Below are positions 31,091 through 41,281 of a DNA stretch of 64,000 bases, piece after piece (positions within the stretch are counted from its first letter, which is position 1; the number at the start of each line of letters is the position of its first letter). Both the position numbers and the translations under genes were made by a program. The notes beneath the pieces were generated by a model that ran no database searches, was not told the origin of the DNA, and was given only the letters and a program-made list of their open reading frames with translations. Origin of the DNA: Acidobacteriota bacterium (GTDB lineage: Bacteria; Acidobacteriota; UBA890; WLXD01); the NCBI GenBank assembly GCA_965205505.1, contig CBDBHB010000008.1, positions 704,001 to 768,000 of the forward strand, in the 5' to 3' direction.

Positions 31091-32267
31091 CGCTCGGAAT
31101 GCTCCGATCGATCCCGCGCGGGATCTGCTTGTCAGCGTCGTAGAAAGGCAGCATGACGATCTCCCCGATATGGGACGCGCCATCCGGGTCCTGCACCTCG
31201 ACCTGCTTGCCGAGCCAATCACCGCACTCGGCGAAGAGGGCGAAGCCAATGCCATACTGCAGGAACGGCGACCAGCAGCCGGCGGTTACGCGACCGACTG
31301 CCCGACCCTCGACCATGACCTGCCCATAGGGCGCCGCCGCGAGGCTCTTGACCCCGTATAGCCGGAGGCTTCGATCAGCCGTCTCCAGTGCCTGCTTGCC
31401 GATGAAGTCGGCCTTGTCCATGTCGACGAACTTCCCCAGGCCGGCTTGGAACGGGTTTTGCGCCAGGGTCATGTCGTTGCCGTTGCTCAGGATGCCAGCC
31501 TCGATGCGGCGGCTCTCCATCGAGTCCATCGCGGTGCCGACCATGTCGAACGACTTGCCGGCCTCCAAGATGTGGTTCCACAACGCCGGCCCGTCGATGT
31601 CGCTTTCGATCGTATACACCTCCCAGCCAAGCTCACCGGTCCAGCCGGTGCGTGACAACCAGAGCGGCTCGCCTCCCATGGTGCACTCGGTGACGGCGAA
31701 GAACTTGAACGGGTCGGGGGCCGCGCCGTCGCAGGCCGCATCGAGCACTTCCATCGATCGCGGGCCTTGCACCTGCAGCACCCACGAATCCGGGTCGCTG
31801 ACGGTCACGTCCATCTCCAGACCGAGCGCCATCACCCAGCTGAAGAACTCACCGTTCGCCAGCACGTACCAGAATCGGTCCTCGGCGAGCCGCATGAGCA
31901 CGCCGTCCATCATGATGCCGCCGTCGGGATAGCAGGCAATGGCGTAGTTGGCCCGACCTGGTCTGAGCTTCGAAATGTCGCGCGCGAACACGCGGTTCAG
32001 CAGGCGCTCGGCGTCCGGCCCGCCAATCTCGATCGGGTGCTCCGGGACGTCGTAGAGCACCGCCTCACGCCGTAGCTTCCAGTAGTTGACCACCGGATCG
32101 TCGCCGATCGCCTCGATCGCGAGGCGGCCGCTGTAGACGCTGTACACAGTGTCCGGCGTCCGCGTGCAGGGGAAGAACGGAGTCCGCGCGAACCCCCACT
32201 CCATCAGCTTGATATCGGGCTCGAGGTTCTGCGGGTCAGCGTGGGTTGCCCGATCTTGGTCGCTCAT
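31083..32267 (-). CDS. GcvT/DmdA-like aminomethyltransferase family protein
   Basis: LYDVPE, IGGPDA, DGGIMMDG, LQVQGPRS, SRTGWTGELGWE, RRIEAG, DFIGKQAL, PFYD. Confidence 0.9.
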   Translation of the reverse strand: MSDQDRATHADPQNLEPDIKLMEWGFARTPFFPCTRTPDTVYSVYSGRLAIEAIGDDPVVNYWKLRREAVLYDVPEHPIEIGGPDAERLLNRVFARDISKLRPGRANYAIACYPDGGIMMDGVLMRLAEDRFWYVLANGEFFSWVMALGLEMDVTVSDPDSWVLQVQGPRSMEVLDAACDGAAPDPFKFFAVTECTMGGEPLWLSRTGWTGELGWEVYTIESDIDGPALWNHILEAGKSFDMVGTAMDSMESRRIEAGILSNGNDMTLAQNPFQAGLGKFVDMDKADFIGKQALETADRSLRLYGVKSLAAAPYGQVMVEGRAVGRVTAGCWSPFLQYGIGFALFAECGDWLGKQVEVQDPDGASHIGEIVMLPFYDADKQIPRGIDRSIPSVR

Positions 32268-33448
32268 CCTTCCGCCCTCGGCCTTTCGGGAATGTTCGTG
32301 TCGAGGGCCCGGGAAATCTTCTTCTCGGGGTCGTAGAACGGTAACGAAACCACCTCGGCGTCGTGCAGCTGCCCGTCACTGTCGGACACCGACACGGTGG
32401 CGCCGAGCCAATCACCAGGTTCCTTGAACCGAACGTAGCCCGTGCCATGACCCAGGTACGGCGACCAGGCGCTCGTCGTGATCGTGCCGACCGAGTTGCC
32501 ACCCTGGAGCACCGCCGAAGCCTGGCTGGGCGCAGCGGTGAGGCACTTGATGCCGAATATCAGCGGCCGCCGATCCGCCGCTGCCAGCGCTTCCTTGCCG
32601 ATGAAATCGTCCTTGCTCAGGTCAACGAACTTGCCTATGCCTGCCTGGTAGGGCGTCATTGACTCGTCGAAGTCGCTCTTGTTGTCGAGAATACCTGCCT
32701 CGATACGACGGATGTTCATCGAGTCCAGGCCGGTGGCTATGATCTCCTGCCCCTCGCCGGCCTTCAGGATGTGATCCCACAGCGCCGGCCCGTCGACGCC
32801 GGGGTCCCGAGTGTAGATCTCCCAACCCATCTCGCTGGTCCAACCGGTGCGCGACAGGTACAGGGGTTGCCCGCCCATGGTGCACTCGGTGACCGCAAAG
32901 TAGGCGAAGGGATCGGGGGCACCATCGTCGCAGGCGGCATCGAGCACCTGCATCGCGCGCGGTCCCCCCACCTGCAGCACCCAGGAGCTCGGATCGCTCA
33001 CGTGCACGTCCATGTCCATGCCGTGGGCGATGAGCCAGGTGACAAACTCGCCGTTGGCGAGCACATACCAGAAGCGATCGGGCGCCAATCGCATCAGGAT
33101 GCCGTCCATCAGGGTGCCGCCATCGGGCAGGCAGGCGATCCCGTACCCGCAGCGTCCCGGCATCAACTTCGAAATATCGCGGACAAAGACTTTGTTGAGC
33201 AGGCGCTCGGCGTCGGGTCCGGCGATCTCGATGGGATGTTCCGGAACGTTGTATAAGACCACCTTCTGCCGCAGATTCCAGTACCTCTCCTGCGGATCGT
33301 CGCCGACCGAGACGACGGCCATTCTGCCGCTGTACGGTCCTCCGTAGCGCGTATCAGGACCGTGCGTGCACTCGAAGAAGGGCGTCGGAGCGGCGCCGTG
33401 GAAGTGAAGCGGAGCGATCGATTCAGGGACAGGCCGTTCGTCCGACAT
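32264..33448 (-). CDS. GcvT/DmdA-like aminomethyltransferase family protein (tandem paralog)
   Basis: Same motif set (SRTGWTSEMGWE, RRIEAG, PFYDPEK); ATGA overlap with the downstream paralog. Confidence 0.9.
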   Translation of the reverse strand: MSDERPVPESIAPLHFHGAAPTPFFECTHGPDTRYGGPYSGRMAVVSVGDDPQERYWNLRQKVVLYNVPEHPIEIAGPDAERLLNKVFVRDISKLMPGRCGYGIACLPDGGTLMDGILMRLAPDRFWYVLANGEFVTWLIAHGMDMDVHVSDPSSWVLQVGGPRAMQVLDAACDDGAPDPFAYFAVTECTMGGQPLYLSRTGWTSEMGWEIYTRDPGVDGPALWDHILKAGEGQEIIATGLDSMNIRRIEAGILDNKSDFDESMTPYQAGIGKFVDLSKDDFIGKEALAAADRRPLIFGIKCLTAAPSQASAVLQGGNSVGTITTSAWSPYLGHGTGYVRFKEPGDWLGATVSVSDSDGQLHDAEVVSLPFYDPEKKISRALDTNIPERPRAEG

Positions 33449-33549
33449 GGCTTTCTCTCGACATGGGGTAGCAGTGGCAGCAGACTTTATACGGGCCACG
33501 CGCTACGAGACAGCCAGCCGCGCTAGGACTTTTCGGCTGCCGATCGCGG

Positions 33550-34890
33550 TCAGTCGCCGATCGCGATCAAGTGCCGGTCGGCGCGAATGAAGATCTGACC
33601 GTTGGAGATCGCCGGCGACGCGATGACGCGCGCGTCGAGCGGATTGCGGCTCAGCACGCGCGGCGCTTCGCCGGCGGCCACCACGACCGTCTCGCCGGCC
33701 TCGCTGACGAAATACACCTTGCCGTCGCCGGCTACCGGCGAGGCGGAGAAAACCCCGCCGACCCGCTCTTGCCAGATGCGCTCTCCGGTGGCCGCCGCGA
33801 CGGCGCTGACGATGCCGCTACCATTCGACATGTAGACGCGTCCGCGATACAGCAGTACCGACGACACGTACGGCGCCCCGGTGGCAACGCGCCAGAGCAC
33901 GTGGCTGTTGGTGATGTCGCCGCGACCGCCCGTCCGAATCGCCATATAGGGACCGCTTCGGTGGCCGCGACTGGTGTACAGCACCCCGTCGGCGTATGTC
34001 GGCACGCCGATCGGAAAACTGTTGTTCGCACCCGTGTGCCAAAGCAGCTCGCCGCTCGTCGGATCGTAGGCTTCCAGTCGCTGGCTGGCGTTGACGATGA
34101 GCTCGTCGCCATCGGGCCCCGGGACAACGGAGGGCGTGCTGTACGACGTGGTCGATGAGGAACGCCGCACCCGACGCTGCTCCTCGCCCGTGTGCGCATC
34201 GAGCCACAGCAGGTAGACGCTCGGACCGTGGTCGCACTGCAGGATGAGCGAGTCGCCGTAGAGCGTCGGCGAGCTGGCGTGGCCCCAGCCGATGTTGAAG
34301 CTATCGCCACCTTCGTCGAGGGCTCGCTGCCAGACCTGCTCGCCGTTCATGCTCAAGGCAACGATCTGTCCGGTCCCGAACCAGGCGTACACGCGCTCAC
34401 CGTCGGTCACGGGGCTCGGGCTCGCCAGGTTGTGCTTGTCGTGCACCGGAAACAGGCGCCCCTCGGCCTCGATCTGGTGCTCCCATAGCAGCCGCCCGTC
34501 GTGCCGATGAAAAGACGCCACCACGAAGGAAACACGGTTGCCGACTTCCCCCGAGGCTTCTCCCATCAAGAGGTCGCCGCTACCGTCGTCGCCCCGCGAC
34601 AGCGTCGGATGCGAGCCACCCCGACGCGGTACACGCCCGATCTGATAGGTAACGAACACCTGATCGCCCCAGACGATCGGCGAGGAGACCCCCAAGCCGT
34701 GCAGCAGCACCTTCCAGGCGACGTTCTCGTCATCACTCCAGGACGTCGGTAGCGCGATTCCGTCGGCGACCCGCGTACCCGCGGGGCCGCGCCACTGCGG
34801 CCAGTCGGTCGGTGCCACGGTCGCGGGATGGCCGACATGCGCACCCATGAACGCGAACCCGGCTATCAGGATCGCGGCTCGAACCCCCAT
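33550..34890 (-). CDS. PQQ-binding-like beta-propeller (BamB-like) exported protein
   Basis: DWPQWRGP, SSPIVWGD, SPSPVTDG, SSPTL, YSTP, ASPVAGDG, ASPAISNG. Confidence 0.88.
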   Translation of the reverse strand: MGVRAAILIAGFAFMGAHVGHPATVAPTDWPQWRGPAGTRVADGIALPTSWSDDENVAWKVLLHGLGVSSPIVWGDQVFVTYQIGRVPRRGGSHPTLSRGDDGSGDLLMGEASGEVGNRVSFVVASFHRHDGRLLWEHQIEAEGRLFPVHDKHNLASPSPVTDGERVYAWFGTGQIVALSMNGEQVWQRALDEGGDSFNIGWGHASSPTLYGDSLILQCDHGPSVYLLWLDAHTGEEQRRVRRSSSTTSYSTPSVVPGPDGDELIVNASQRLEAYDPTSGELLWHTGANNSFPIGVPTYADGVLYTSRGHRSGPYMAIRTGGRGDITNSHVLWRVATGAPYVSSVLLYRGRVYMSNGSGIVSAVAAATGERIWQERVGGVFSASPVAGDGKVYFVSEAGETVVVAAGEAPRVLSRNPLDARVIASPAISNGQIFIRADRHLIAIGD

Positions 34891-34994
34891 TGCCCGTTCT
34901 CTGCTCAACGCTGTACCTCGTCGTCTTCGCCAACTCGGAAACTGTTCCATGGCAGAGTATCGCGGCTCTGAAGGCCTGTCCGCTAGCTTGAGCA

Positions 34995-36494
34995 ATGATG
35001 TCGCGTACCGACGGTTTCTTCGATCACCCGCGCCAGATCTACACGTTGGCGCACGTATCGCTGTGGCATGTCGCCGCCTACGCGGGATTGATCGGCCATC
35101 TGGTGCTATTCATCACCGCGACACCGCGAGACTACGGATATGGGTGGACCGGCGCCGAGGCCGTACGCCTGTACGGGCTGTTCACCGGCCTGGTCCAGTC
35201 CTCGCCGTTGATCGGCGGCTGGATCGCCGACGCGTTCATCGGCAAGCGTCGGGCAGCGATCCTGGGGTTGTGGCTACAAACCGTACCCATCTTCGTGCTT
35301 GCCGGCGTCGGCACGATCCCGGCGCTCGTCGGCTCCTACTACGACGCGCCGGTCCGGCAAGTGCTGCTGAACGCCGAGGTGCCAATCGCACAACTGACTC
35401 TCGACGAGGCACAGTCCGGGCGCATCGCAGAGGCAGTCGCCAACCTGGCCACGGGCGGCGGCGGCGGTGCCGCGCTGCAATCGGCGGTCGAGGCTGCGTA
35501 CGGAGCAATGACGCTGGCATTCTACGGCTCCCTGTTGGTGTTCATCATCGGGTACGGCCTCCAGGTCCCGACGCTGGCTGCGATGGTCGGACCTCTGTAC
35601 GAGGGATCGAGCGCCAAGCGCGAGGGTGGATACACGCTGTTGTTCATGGCCGCCATGCTCGGCTTCATCATCGGTGCGCTGATTTCCGGCACCATCGCCA
35701 GCCGCATGGGTTGGGTCGAGGGCCTGGCCTCGACAGGCGTGATGATGGCCCTGTCGGCGATTGTGCTGACCCGCATCCAGCTGCCGATCTCGAAGGTTCC
35801 GGAGGCATCGGGAAAGACCGGCGGCGGCCGACCCCTATTCTCGCTCACGCATGGCGAACGCCGTCGAATCGCAGCGATCTGCGCATTGTGTCTTGCCTAC
35901 TTCGTGTTCATCGCCGCCTTCGAGCAGTGGGGCGGCTCGTTCAGCCTGTACGTGCAGAACACAAGCGACCGGGTCGTTGCAGGTTTCGAGGTGCCGACGC
36001 TCTGGATCCACTCGGCGCAAGCGCTATTCGTGATCATCGTCGGCCCCATCATGCTCGCCGTCTGGGCTAGCCTGGAGGGCAGAGGTTTGCACCTGACGCC
36101 ACCGACGAAGATGGCAATCGGGCTGCTGTTCACCGCGTGCGCCTTCCTGATCATGTCGGGGACCCTGCCCTCACGGGGTGGCGACCTGATCACCAAGACT
36201 AGCCTGCTCTGGCCCTTGGCCTACTACTGGGTTGTCACGTTCGGTCAAATGGCGGTGCTACCGATCGGCCAGGCATTCGTGAGCCGGGAAGCCCCCGAGC
36301 GACTGGCGAGCACGATGATGGGGGCGTGGCTTCTATTTGGCGGTGTCGGGATCTGGGTATCCGGACAAATCGGAGCGCTCACCGAACCGTTCGGCATCCG
36401 AGCCGTATACCTCGGCATCGCTGCGGGCACGGCTCTAGCCGCCGTCGTGGCCTTGTCGTTCAGGAAGCGGCTAATGCGTCTGCTCGCGGAGTGA
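34995..36494 (+). CDS. POT/PTR2 family peptide MFS transporter
   Basis: FFDHPR, GGWIADAFIGKRRA, VGPLYE....REGGYTL, FEQWGGS, KMAIG, APERLASTMMG. Confidence 0.88.
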   Translation: MMSRTDGFFDHPRQIYTLAHVSLWHVAAYAGLIGHLVLFITATPRDYGYGWTGAEAVRLYGLFTGLVQSSPLIGGWIADAFIGKRRAAILGLWLQTVPIFVLAGVGTIPALVGSYYDAPVRQVLLNAEVPIAQLTLDEAQSGRIAEAVANLATGGGGGAALQSAVEAAYGAMTLAFYGSLLVFIIGYGLQVPTLAAMVGPLYEGSSAKREGGYTLLFMAAMLGFIIGALISGTIASRMGWVEGLASTGVMMALSAIVLTRIQLPISKVPEASGKTGGGRPLFSLTHGERRRIAAICALCLAYFVFIAAFEQWGGSFSLYVQNTSDRVVAGFEVPTLWIHSAQALFVIIVGPIMLAVWASLEGRGLHLTPPTKMAIGLLFTACAFLIMSGTLPSRGGDLITKTSLLWPLAYYWVVTFGQMAVLPIGQAFVSREAPERLASTMMGAWLLFGGVGIWVSGQIGALTEPFGIRAVYLGIAAGTALAAVVALSFRKRLMRLLAE

Positions 36495-36539
36495 CGCCGG
36501 CTCCCCAGTCGCCGCCGATCCAGAATCGGAGCGCGCCGT

Positions 36540-37910
36540 TCAGTGCGCCTGCGGCGCCGACAACAGCCCGGCCAGCGACGCCGGGTGATCCGGACTCTTC
36601 ACCACGCCGCCGCCGAGCATCACGAACGACACGCGCTCGAGCACGCTCATGTCCTCGAGCGGGTTGCCGGGCACGGCGATGATGTCGGCGAGCTTGCCGG
36701 GCTCGATGGTGCCGAGCCTGTCCTCCCAGCCCAGCACCTCGGCGCCAACTCGCGTGCCGGCCTGGATCGCCTCCATCGGCGACAGTCCGGCCTCCACGAG
36801 CACCGCGAACTCGCGGGCGAAGACCTCCGCCGGAACAGAGATGCCGCCCAGGTCGATGCCGACGGCGACCTTCACTCCCGCCTCGTGTGCCCGGTCGAGG
36901 GCGGCTAGAAACGCCGGACGATCGTTCTCGACGTAGTCGTTGTTCTTCTCCTGTACGAGCAGCAGGTCGGTGCCGTCGTAGTAGTCGCCGATGTAGATCG
37001 TCGGCACCAGGAACGTGCCGTGCTCGACCATGAGCGCGATCGCCTCGTCGTCGAGGAACGTACCGTGTTCGATCGAGCGGACGCCGGCGCGCACCGCTTG
37101 CTTGATGCCCTCGGCGGCGTGCGCGTGGGCGGCGACGGGAACGCCCAATCGGGCCGCCTCCTCGACCGCAGCGCGCAGCTCTTCGGGACTGAAGGCGACA
37201 TTGCGCGGGTCGTCGCCGACCGACTGGTAGGCACCCGTGACGAGCAGCTTGATCCAGTCGGAGCCGTACTTCACCTCCTGGCGAACGGCCTTGCGAACCT
37301 CCTCGGGCCCGTCGACCACCAGGCCGTCAGCAATCACCGGCTGCTCGGGCGACAGGAAGTTGACGTCGCCGCCACCGCCGGTGATCGAGATGTAGTGCCC
37401 CGCGCCGGCCATTCGCGGGCCGATGAAGATTCCGTCTTCGATCGCCCGGCGGATGTCCTGATTGGCGTAGAAGACGTCCGCATCGCCCATGACCCGAACG
37501 CCGGTCCAGCCGGCCAGCAGATACCGCTGCAGCGCCGCCAGCCCCATGAGGGCCTTGTACGCCGACGAGCCTTGCAGGTGGGCGTTCTGGTAGTCGTCGC
37601 CGTACATCAGCGGGTGCTCGTGGCTGTTGATCATCCCCGGCATGAGCGTGGCCCCGGGAAGCTCGATGATGCGAGCGCCGGGAGGAATCACCTCGCGGCC
37701 ACCGATCGTCGTGATCCGTTCGCCCTCCACCACCACCACGATGTCGGTGCGCGCTTCGGACGCGGTCCCGTCGATCAGCCGGTCGGCGATCAGCGCCGTC
37801 GGCTGTCCCTGCGAGCTCAGCGTGCCGGGCGCAAGTAACAACGCCATCACGGCCACGGCGGCGACAATGGCAGCGGGGCGACGCAACGCAGGCAGGTTGA
37901 CGGTGCTCAT
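36540..37910 (-). CDS. Metal-dependent amidohydrolase (Xaa-Pro dipeptidase-like), exported
   Basis: LMPGMINSHEH, DWIKL, VAAHAH, SIEHG, LVPT, GTIEPGKLADIIAV.GNPL. Confidence 0.9.
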   Translation of the reverse strand: MSTVNLPALRRPAAIVAAVAVMALLLAPGTLSSQGQPTALIADRLIDGTASEARTDIVVVVEGERITTIGGREVIPPGARIIELPGATLMPGMINSHEHPLMYGDDYQNAHLQGSSAYKALMGLAALQRYLLAGWTGVRVMGDADVFYANQDIRRAIEDGIFIGPRMAGAGHYISITGGGGDVNFLSPEQPVIADGLVVDGPEEVRKAVRQEVKYGSDWIKLLVTGAYQSVGDDPRNVAFSPEELRAAVEEAARLGVPVAAHAHAAEGIKQAVRAGVRSIEHGTFLDDEAIALMVEHGTFLVPTIYIGDYYDGTDLLLVQEKNNDYVENDRPAFLAALDRAHEAGVKVAVGIDLGGISVPAEVFAREFAVLVEAGLSPMEAIQAGTRVGAEVLGWEDRLGTIEPGKLADIIAVPGNPLEDMSVLERVSFVMLGGGVVKSPDHPASLAGLLSAPQAH

Positions 37911-37983
37911 CGGCTTACTCCAGGCAGTACAGAAGGGTCCCGCAAGAAAACAGCAGGTCCCCGGGGCGAGCAACCCACCGACA

Positions 37984-40302
37984 CTAGAAGAAGCCGAACG
38001 AGAAGGTCATCTTGCCCACCACGGACTGGTCCATGGGGCCCACGAAGCCACCGTCGTACCGACGCGCCTGGCGGTACACGAGGTAGAAGTTGTCGCCGAT
38101 GCGGTAGATGTACCGCAGCCGGGCGAACATCTCGAACTCCTCGGTGACGCTGTTGTACTGCGCCAGCGCGTCGGTCAGCACCCGCTCCGAGAACGACACC
38201 TCGGCTCGGACGCGAGCGATATTGCTGGTGAAGGAGCCCGCCGGGAGATCCACTTTGTTGTAGCTGAACTCGGGACGCAGCGTGAAGTTCTCGCTGAACC
38301 GGATCGTCATCTGCGGCGTCGCCGAGAAACGGTCGCCGTCGTAGAACTCCCCGACCTCGACGAAGGTGCTCAGGCTGACCTTGCGGGCAGCATTGGTGAA
38401 GATCCCCAGGAAGAGCTGGCGGAACCTGTACTCACCCGGGGGAATCGCCACGTCGGGGTGAAGGCGAAGCGGAACGTCGAGGCGCTCGAACTTGCGCTCG
38501 TAGCTGAAGATGAAGCTGTCCCCTGACTCCAGCTCTGGCCGTAGGTCGAAGAAGTTCCGCTGGGAGATCAAGCGGCCATCGAGGTCGTGGAACGTCTGGT
38601 GGTGGCCGACGAATCGAACCTGCCGCAACCAGGGGAGGCTGGCCGGGCGCGGTTTGAACTGCCCGTCGTAGCGCTGATACAAGACATCGCGCCGCAGGAT
38701 GAAACCGAGATCGTTGCGGAAGTCGGGCTCGATACGAGTCACGTCGGCGGTCAGCTCCACCAGGTCGCTGTTGTAATCGCCGCGCGCCTGCCCCGCCCAG
38801 GAGCGCCCCTCGGACCGGCCGTCCTCCGACTGCACCGCAAAGCCGGAGAGGTTGAGGTTGCCGAACTGAAAGCTCGCATCAGCCCCGTACACGCGGTTAA
38901 AGTCGTCGCCCTGGCCCTCGACGTTGATGCCGATCACGCCGATGCTCGAGCGCGACAACACGTCCTGACGCCAGCGCAACACCGAGTAGTTGCTCCCCTC
39001 CCCGAACGCCGAGTCAGCCGTCTTGACGTTCAAGAGCCCTACATTGCCACCGCCGATCCGGCCGGTGATCTTGGTGCCGTAGTCGATCGGCAGCGGCCGC
39101 CCGGCATCGTCCAGGCCGATGTTGCGCGAGTGGTACATGCGGATGACCGGCGGTCCGAAGGCTCCGCGACGCTGGGGACCGAAGGCGAAGTTGTTCGCCG
39201 CCTCCAGAAAGAACTCGCGCTTCTCCGGAAAGAACAGCGTATCGCGTGTGAGGTTGACGCGCTGGTCGTCTACCTCCACCTGAGCGAAATCGGTGTTGTA
39301 GGTAAGCTGCGCCGTCAGGTTCGAGGTCAGCTTGATCTTGAAGTCCTCGATTCCCCAGTCAGCGCGAGTGTCGGAGAACGGATCGGCGCGACGCTCGAAC
39401 GAATCCCAAGTACCGGTGACGTAGGGCTTGAGGCGAAAGCGTTCCTTGAGGTGCAGGTTTTCGAGGCCTATAAGCTGACCGGCGCGAGAGACGGCGATGA
39501 ACTCGTAGTCGCGTGAGATGTTCGACCACAGCACCTCCTCGTTCTTGCGGCGGATATCACGCCGTAGGTCCATGCCCCAGACTGAGCTGTCGGTGCTGTA
39601 GCGCAAGATCGCCCAGGGAATAGCCAGCTCCGCCTCCCAGCCGCGCTCGGTAATCTGCGCCGCGGCGTCCCAGCGCTCGTCCCAGTTGGTGTTCACCAAG
39701 CTCTCGCCTCGAACCGTGGCATCGAACTTGGTGCCCAGCGCGTTGACCGCGAACAGGAAGGCATTGCGACCGTCGTGGTAGGTGTCTAGCACCACGGCGA
39801 TGGTGTCGTCCGACTGCTGGTTGTCGATCAAGCTAGCGCCGAAGGTGCCGATGTTGAGGCTGTCCCGGCGGAGCTGGGTGGCCCGGATGCCGCCGGGATC
39901 AGTGTCGTAGAGCACGAAGCTCAAATACAGATTGTCGTCGTCGTAGAGCACCCGGGCTTCGGTTCTCTCGGATGGCTCACCGCCCTCGCGCGGCTCGCGC
40001 TGGCGGAAGTCGCTGATGACGGTGGCAGTCTCCCAGATGGGCTCGTCTACGCGTCCATCGAGGATCGGGGCCTCGTCGGTCCAGGTGGCGGTCGCCGTCT
40101 TGTCGCCAGGCGCGTGTTCAGTCGGCCCCTGCGGGCCGATCATTCGTACCGGGATCTGGCGTTGCTGCTGCGTCCCGCTCGCCGGCCGGCCAGGCTTCTC
40201 GCCGGGCAACGCGATGGCGTCGCCCGCCACCGACACCGCCGACCAACCGACCACAAGAATCGACGCCAAGGCAAAGTGCCCACGGGGCGTGAATTGGCTC
40301 AC
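37984..40302 (-). CDS. CBM9-like + DUF5916 outer-membrane protein
   Basis: P.LDGRVDEP.W, DFRQREP, LDTYHD, WEAELAIP, NTDFAQVEVD, FFPEKREFFLE, SRNIG; aromatic C-terminus. Confidence 0.85.
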   Translation of the reverse strand: MSQFTPRGHFALASILVVGWSAVSVAGDAIALPGEKPGRPASGTQQQRQIPVRMIGPQGPTEHAPGDKTATATWTDEAPILDGRVDEPIWETATVISDFRQREPREGGEPSERTEARVLYDDDNLYLSFVLYDTDPGGIRATQLRRDSLNIGTFGASLIDNQQSDDTIAVVLDTYHDGRNAFLFAVNALGTKFDATVRGESLVNTNWDERWDAAAQITERGWEAELAIPWAILRYSTDSSVWGMDLRRDIRRKNEEVLWSNISRDYEFIAVSRAGQLIGLENLHLKERFRLKPYVTGTWDSFERRADPFSDTRADWGIEDFKIKLTSNLTAQLTYNTDFAQVEVDDQRVNLTRDTLFFPEKREFFLEAANNFAFGPQRRGAFGPPVIRMYHSRNIGLDDAGRPLPIDYGTKITGRIGGGNVGLLNVKTADSAFGEGSNYSVLRWRQDVLSRSSIGVIGINVEGQGDDFNRVYGADASFQFGNLNLSGFAVQSEDGRSEGRSWAGQARGDYNSDLVELTADVTRIEPDFRNDLGFILRRDVLYQRYDGQFKPRPASLPWLRQVRFVGHHQTFHDLDGRLISQRNFFDLRPELESGDSFIFSYERKFERLDVPLRLHPDVAIPPGEYRFRQLFLGIFTNAARKVSLSTFVEVGEFYDGDRFSATPQMTIRFSENFTLRPEFSYNKVDLPAGSFTSNIARVRAEVSFSERVLTDALAQYNSVTEEFEMFARLRYIYRIGDNFYLVYRQARRYDGGFVGPMDQSVVGKMTFSFGFF

Positions 40303-40460
40303 AGCTCGCTTCCGCTGAAGGGAACATCGTCCGCACCTCCGGTGCGCTCCCAGCCCACCAGGCAGGCCAACGAATTGAATCACGCAGGCCTACGCGCCGT
40401 GCCGGGGACGGGCCGCAGATGACCGCTCGTTGCTGGTAGTCTCACCCCCGGAGGATCGAG

Positions 40461-41279
40461 ATGACCGAAACGACCAACGAACGCCGAATTGCTGTCATCG
40501 GGCTCGGCAAGCTCGGTGGGATCCTGCTGCGCAGTTTCCTGGACAAGGGTCTGGTGGCAGCGCAGAACGTGCACGCGACCGTGCACCACGAGAACAACGC
40601 CGAGCTGCGTACCGCGCGCTTCGGTGTGCGGGTATCGACCGACAACCTGAGCGCTGCAGAAGATGCCGATATTGTCTTGTTATGCGTCAAGCCGGCAGCG
40701 GTGCGTGCGGTATGCGAGCAAATCGCCCCAGTCATCGACCGCAAGCTGCTGATCTCGGTGGCGGCATCGGTGCCGACGAGCCTCATCGAAGAGGTCTTCG
40801 ACGATGTCCCGGTGGTACGCGCGATGTCCGGGACGCCAGCGGCTATCGGTGCGGCGATGACCGGCCTCTGCGCTGGCAGCCACGCCACCGACGAGCACAT
40901 GGCGTTGGCGCGAACCCTTTTTGACTCCGTTGGCCGCACCGCCGTCCTCGACGAGAAGCACATGGACGCGGTTACCGGCTTGTCCGCCAGCGGTCCGGCG
41001 TTCATCTACGTCATCATCGAGTCGCTCGCCGAGGCCGGCGTCAAGGTCGGGCTGCCGCGAGACGTCGCTACCACGCTGGCCGCCCAGGCCACGCTAGGCG
41101 CCGCCGGAATGGTGCTGGAGACGGGTAACCACCCGGCGCTGCTGAAAGACGAGGTCACCACGCCGGCGGGTTGTACCATCGACGGGTTACTGGAGCTTGA
41201 GAACGGCGGTCTGCGCGTGACCCTCATCAAGGCGGTGGTCAAGGCGACCGAGCGCGCCGGCGAACTCAAGGACCAATAG
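40461..41279 (+). CDS. proC: Pyrroline-5-carboxylate reductase
   Basis: IGLGKLG, LCVKP, ISVAA, VVRAM, TGLSASGPAF, HPALLKDEVTTPAGCTI. Confidence 0.95.
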   Translation: MTETTNERRIAVIGLGKLGGILLRSFLDKGLVAAQNVHATVHHENNAELRTARFGVRVSTDNLSAAEDADIVLLCVKPAAVRAVCEQIAPVIDRKLLISVAASVPTSLIEEVFDDVPVVRAMSGTPAAIGAAMTGLCAGSHATDEHMALARTLFDSVGRTAVLDEKHMDAVTGLSASGPAFIYVIIESLAEAGVKVGLPRDVATTLAAQATLGAAGMVLETGNHPALLKDEVTTPAGCTIDGLLELENGGLRVTLIKAVVKATERAGELKDQ

Positions 41280-41281
41280 CC

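Noticed and set aside
40461-41279. proC as part of a proline-reductase pathway with the selenoprotein
   Set aside because: About 11 kb away, housekeeping, and no PrdA or proline racemase in the window.
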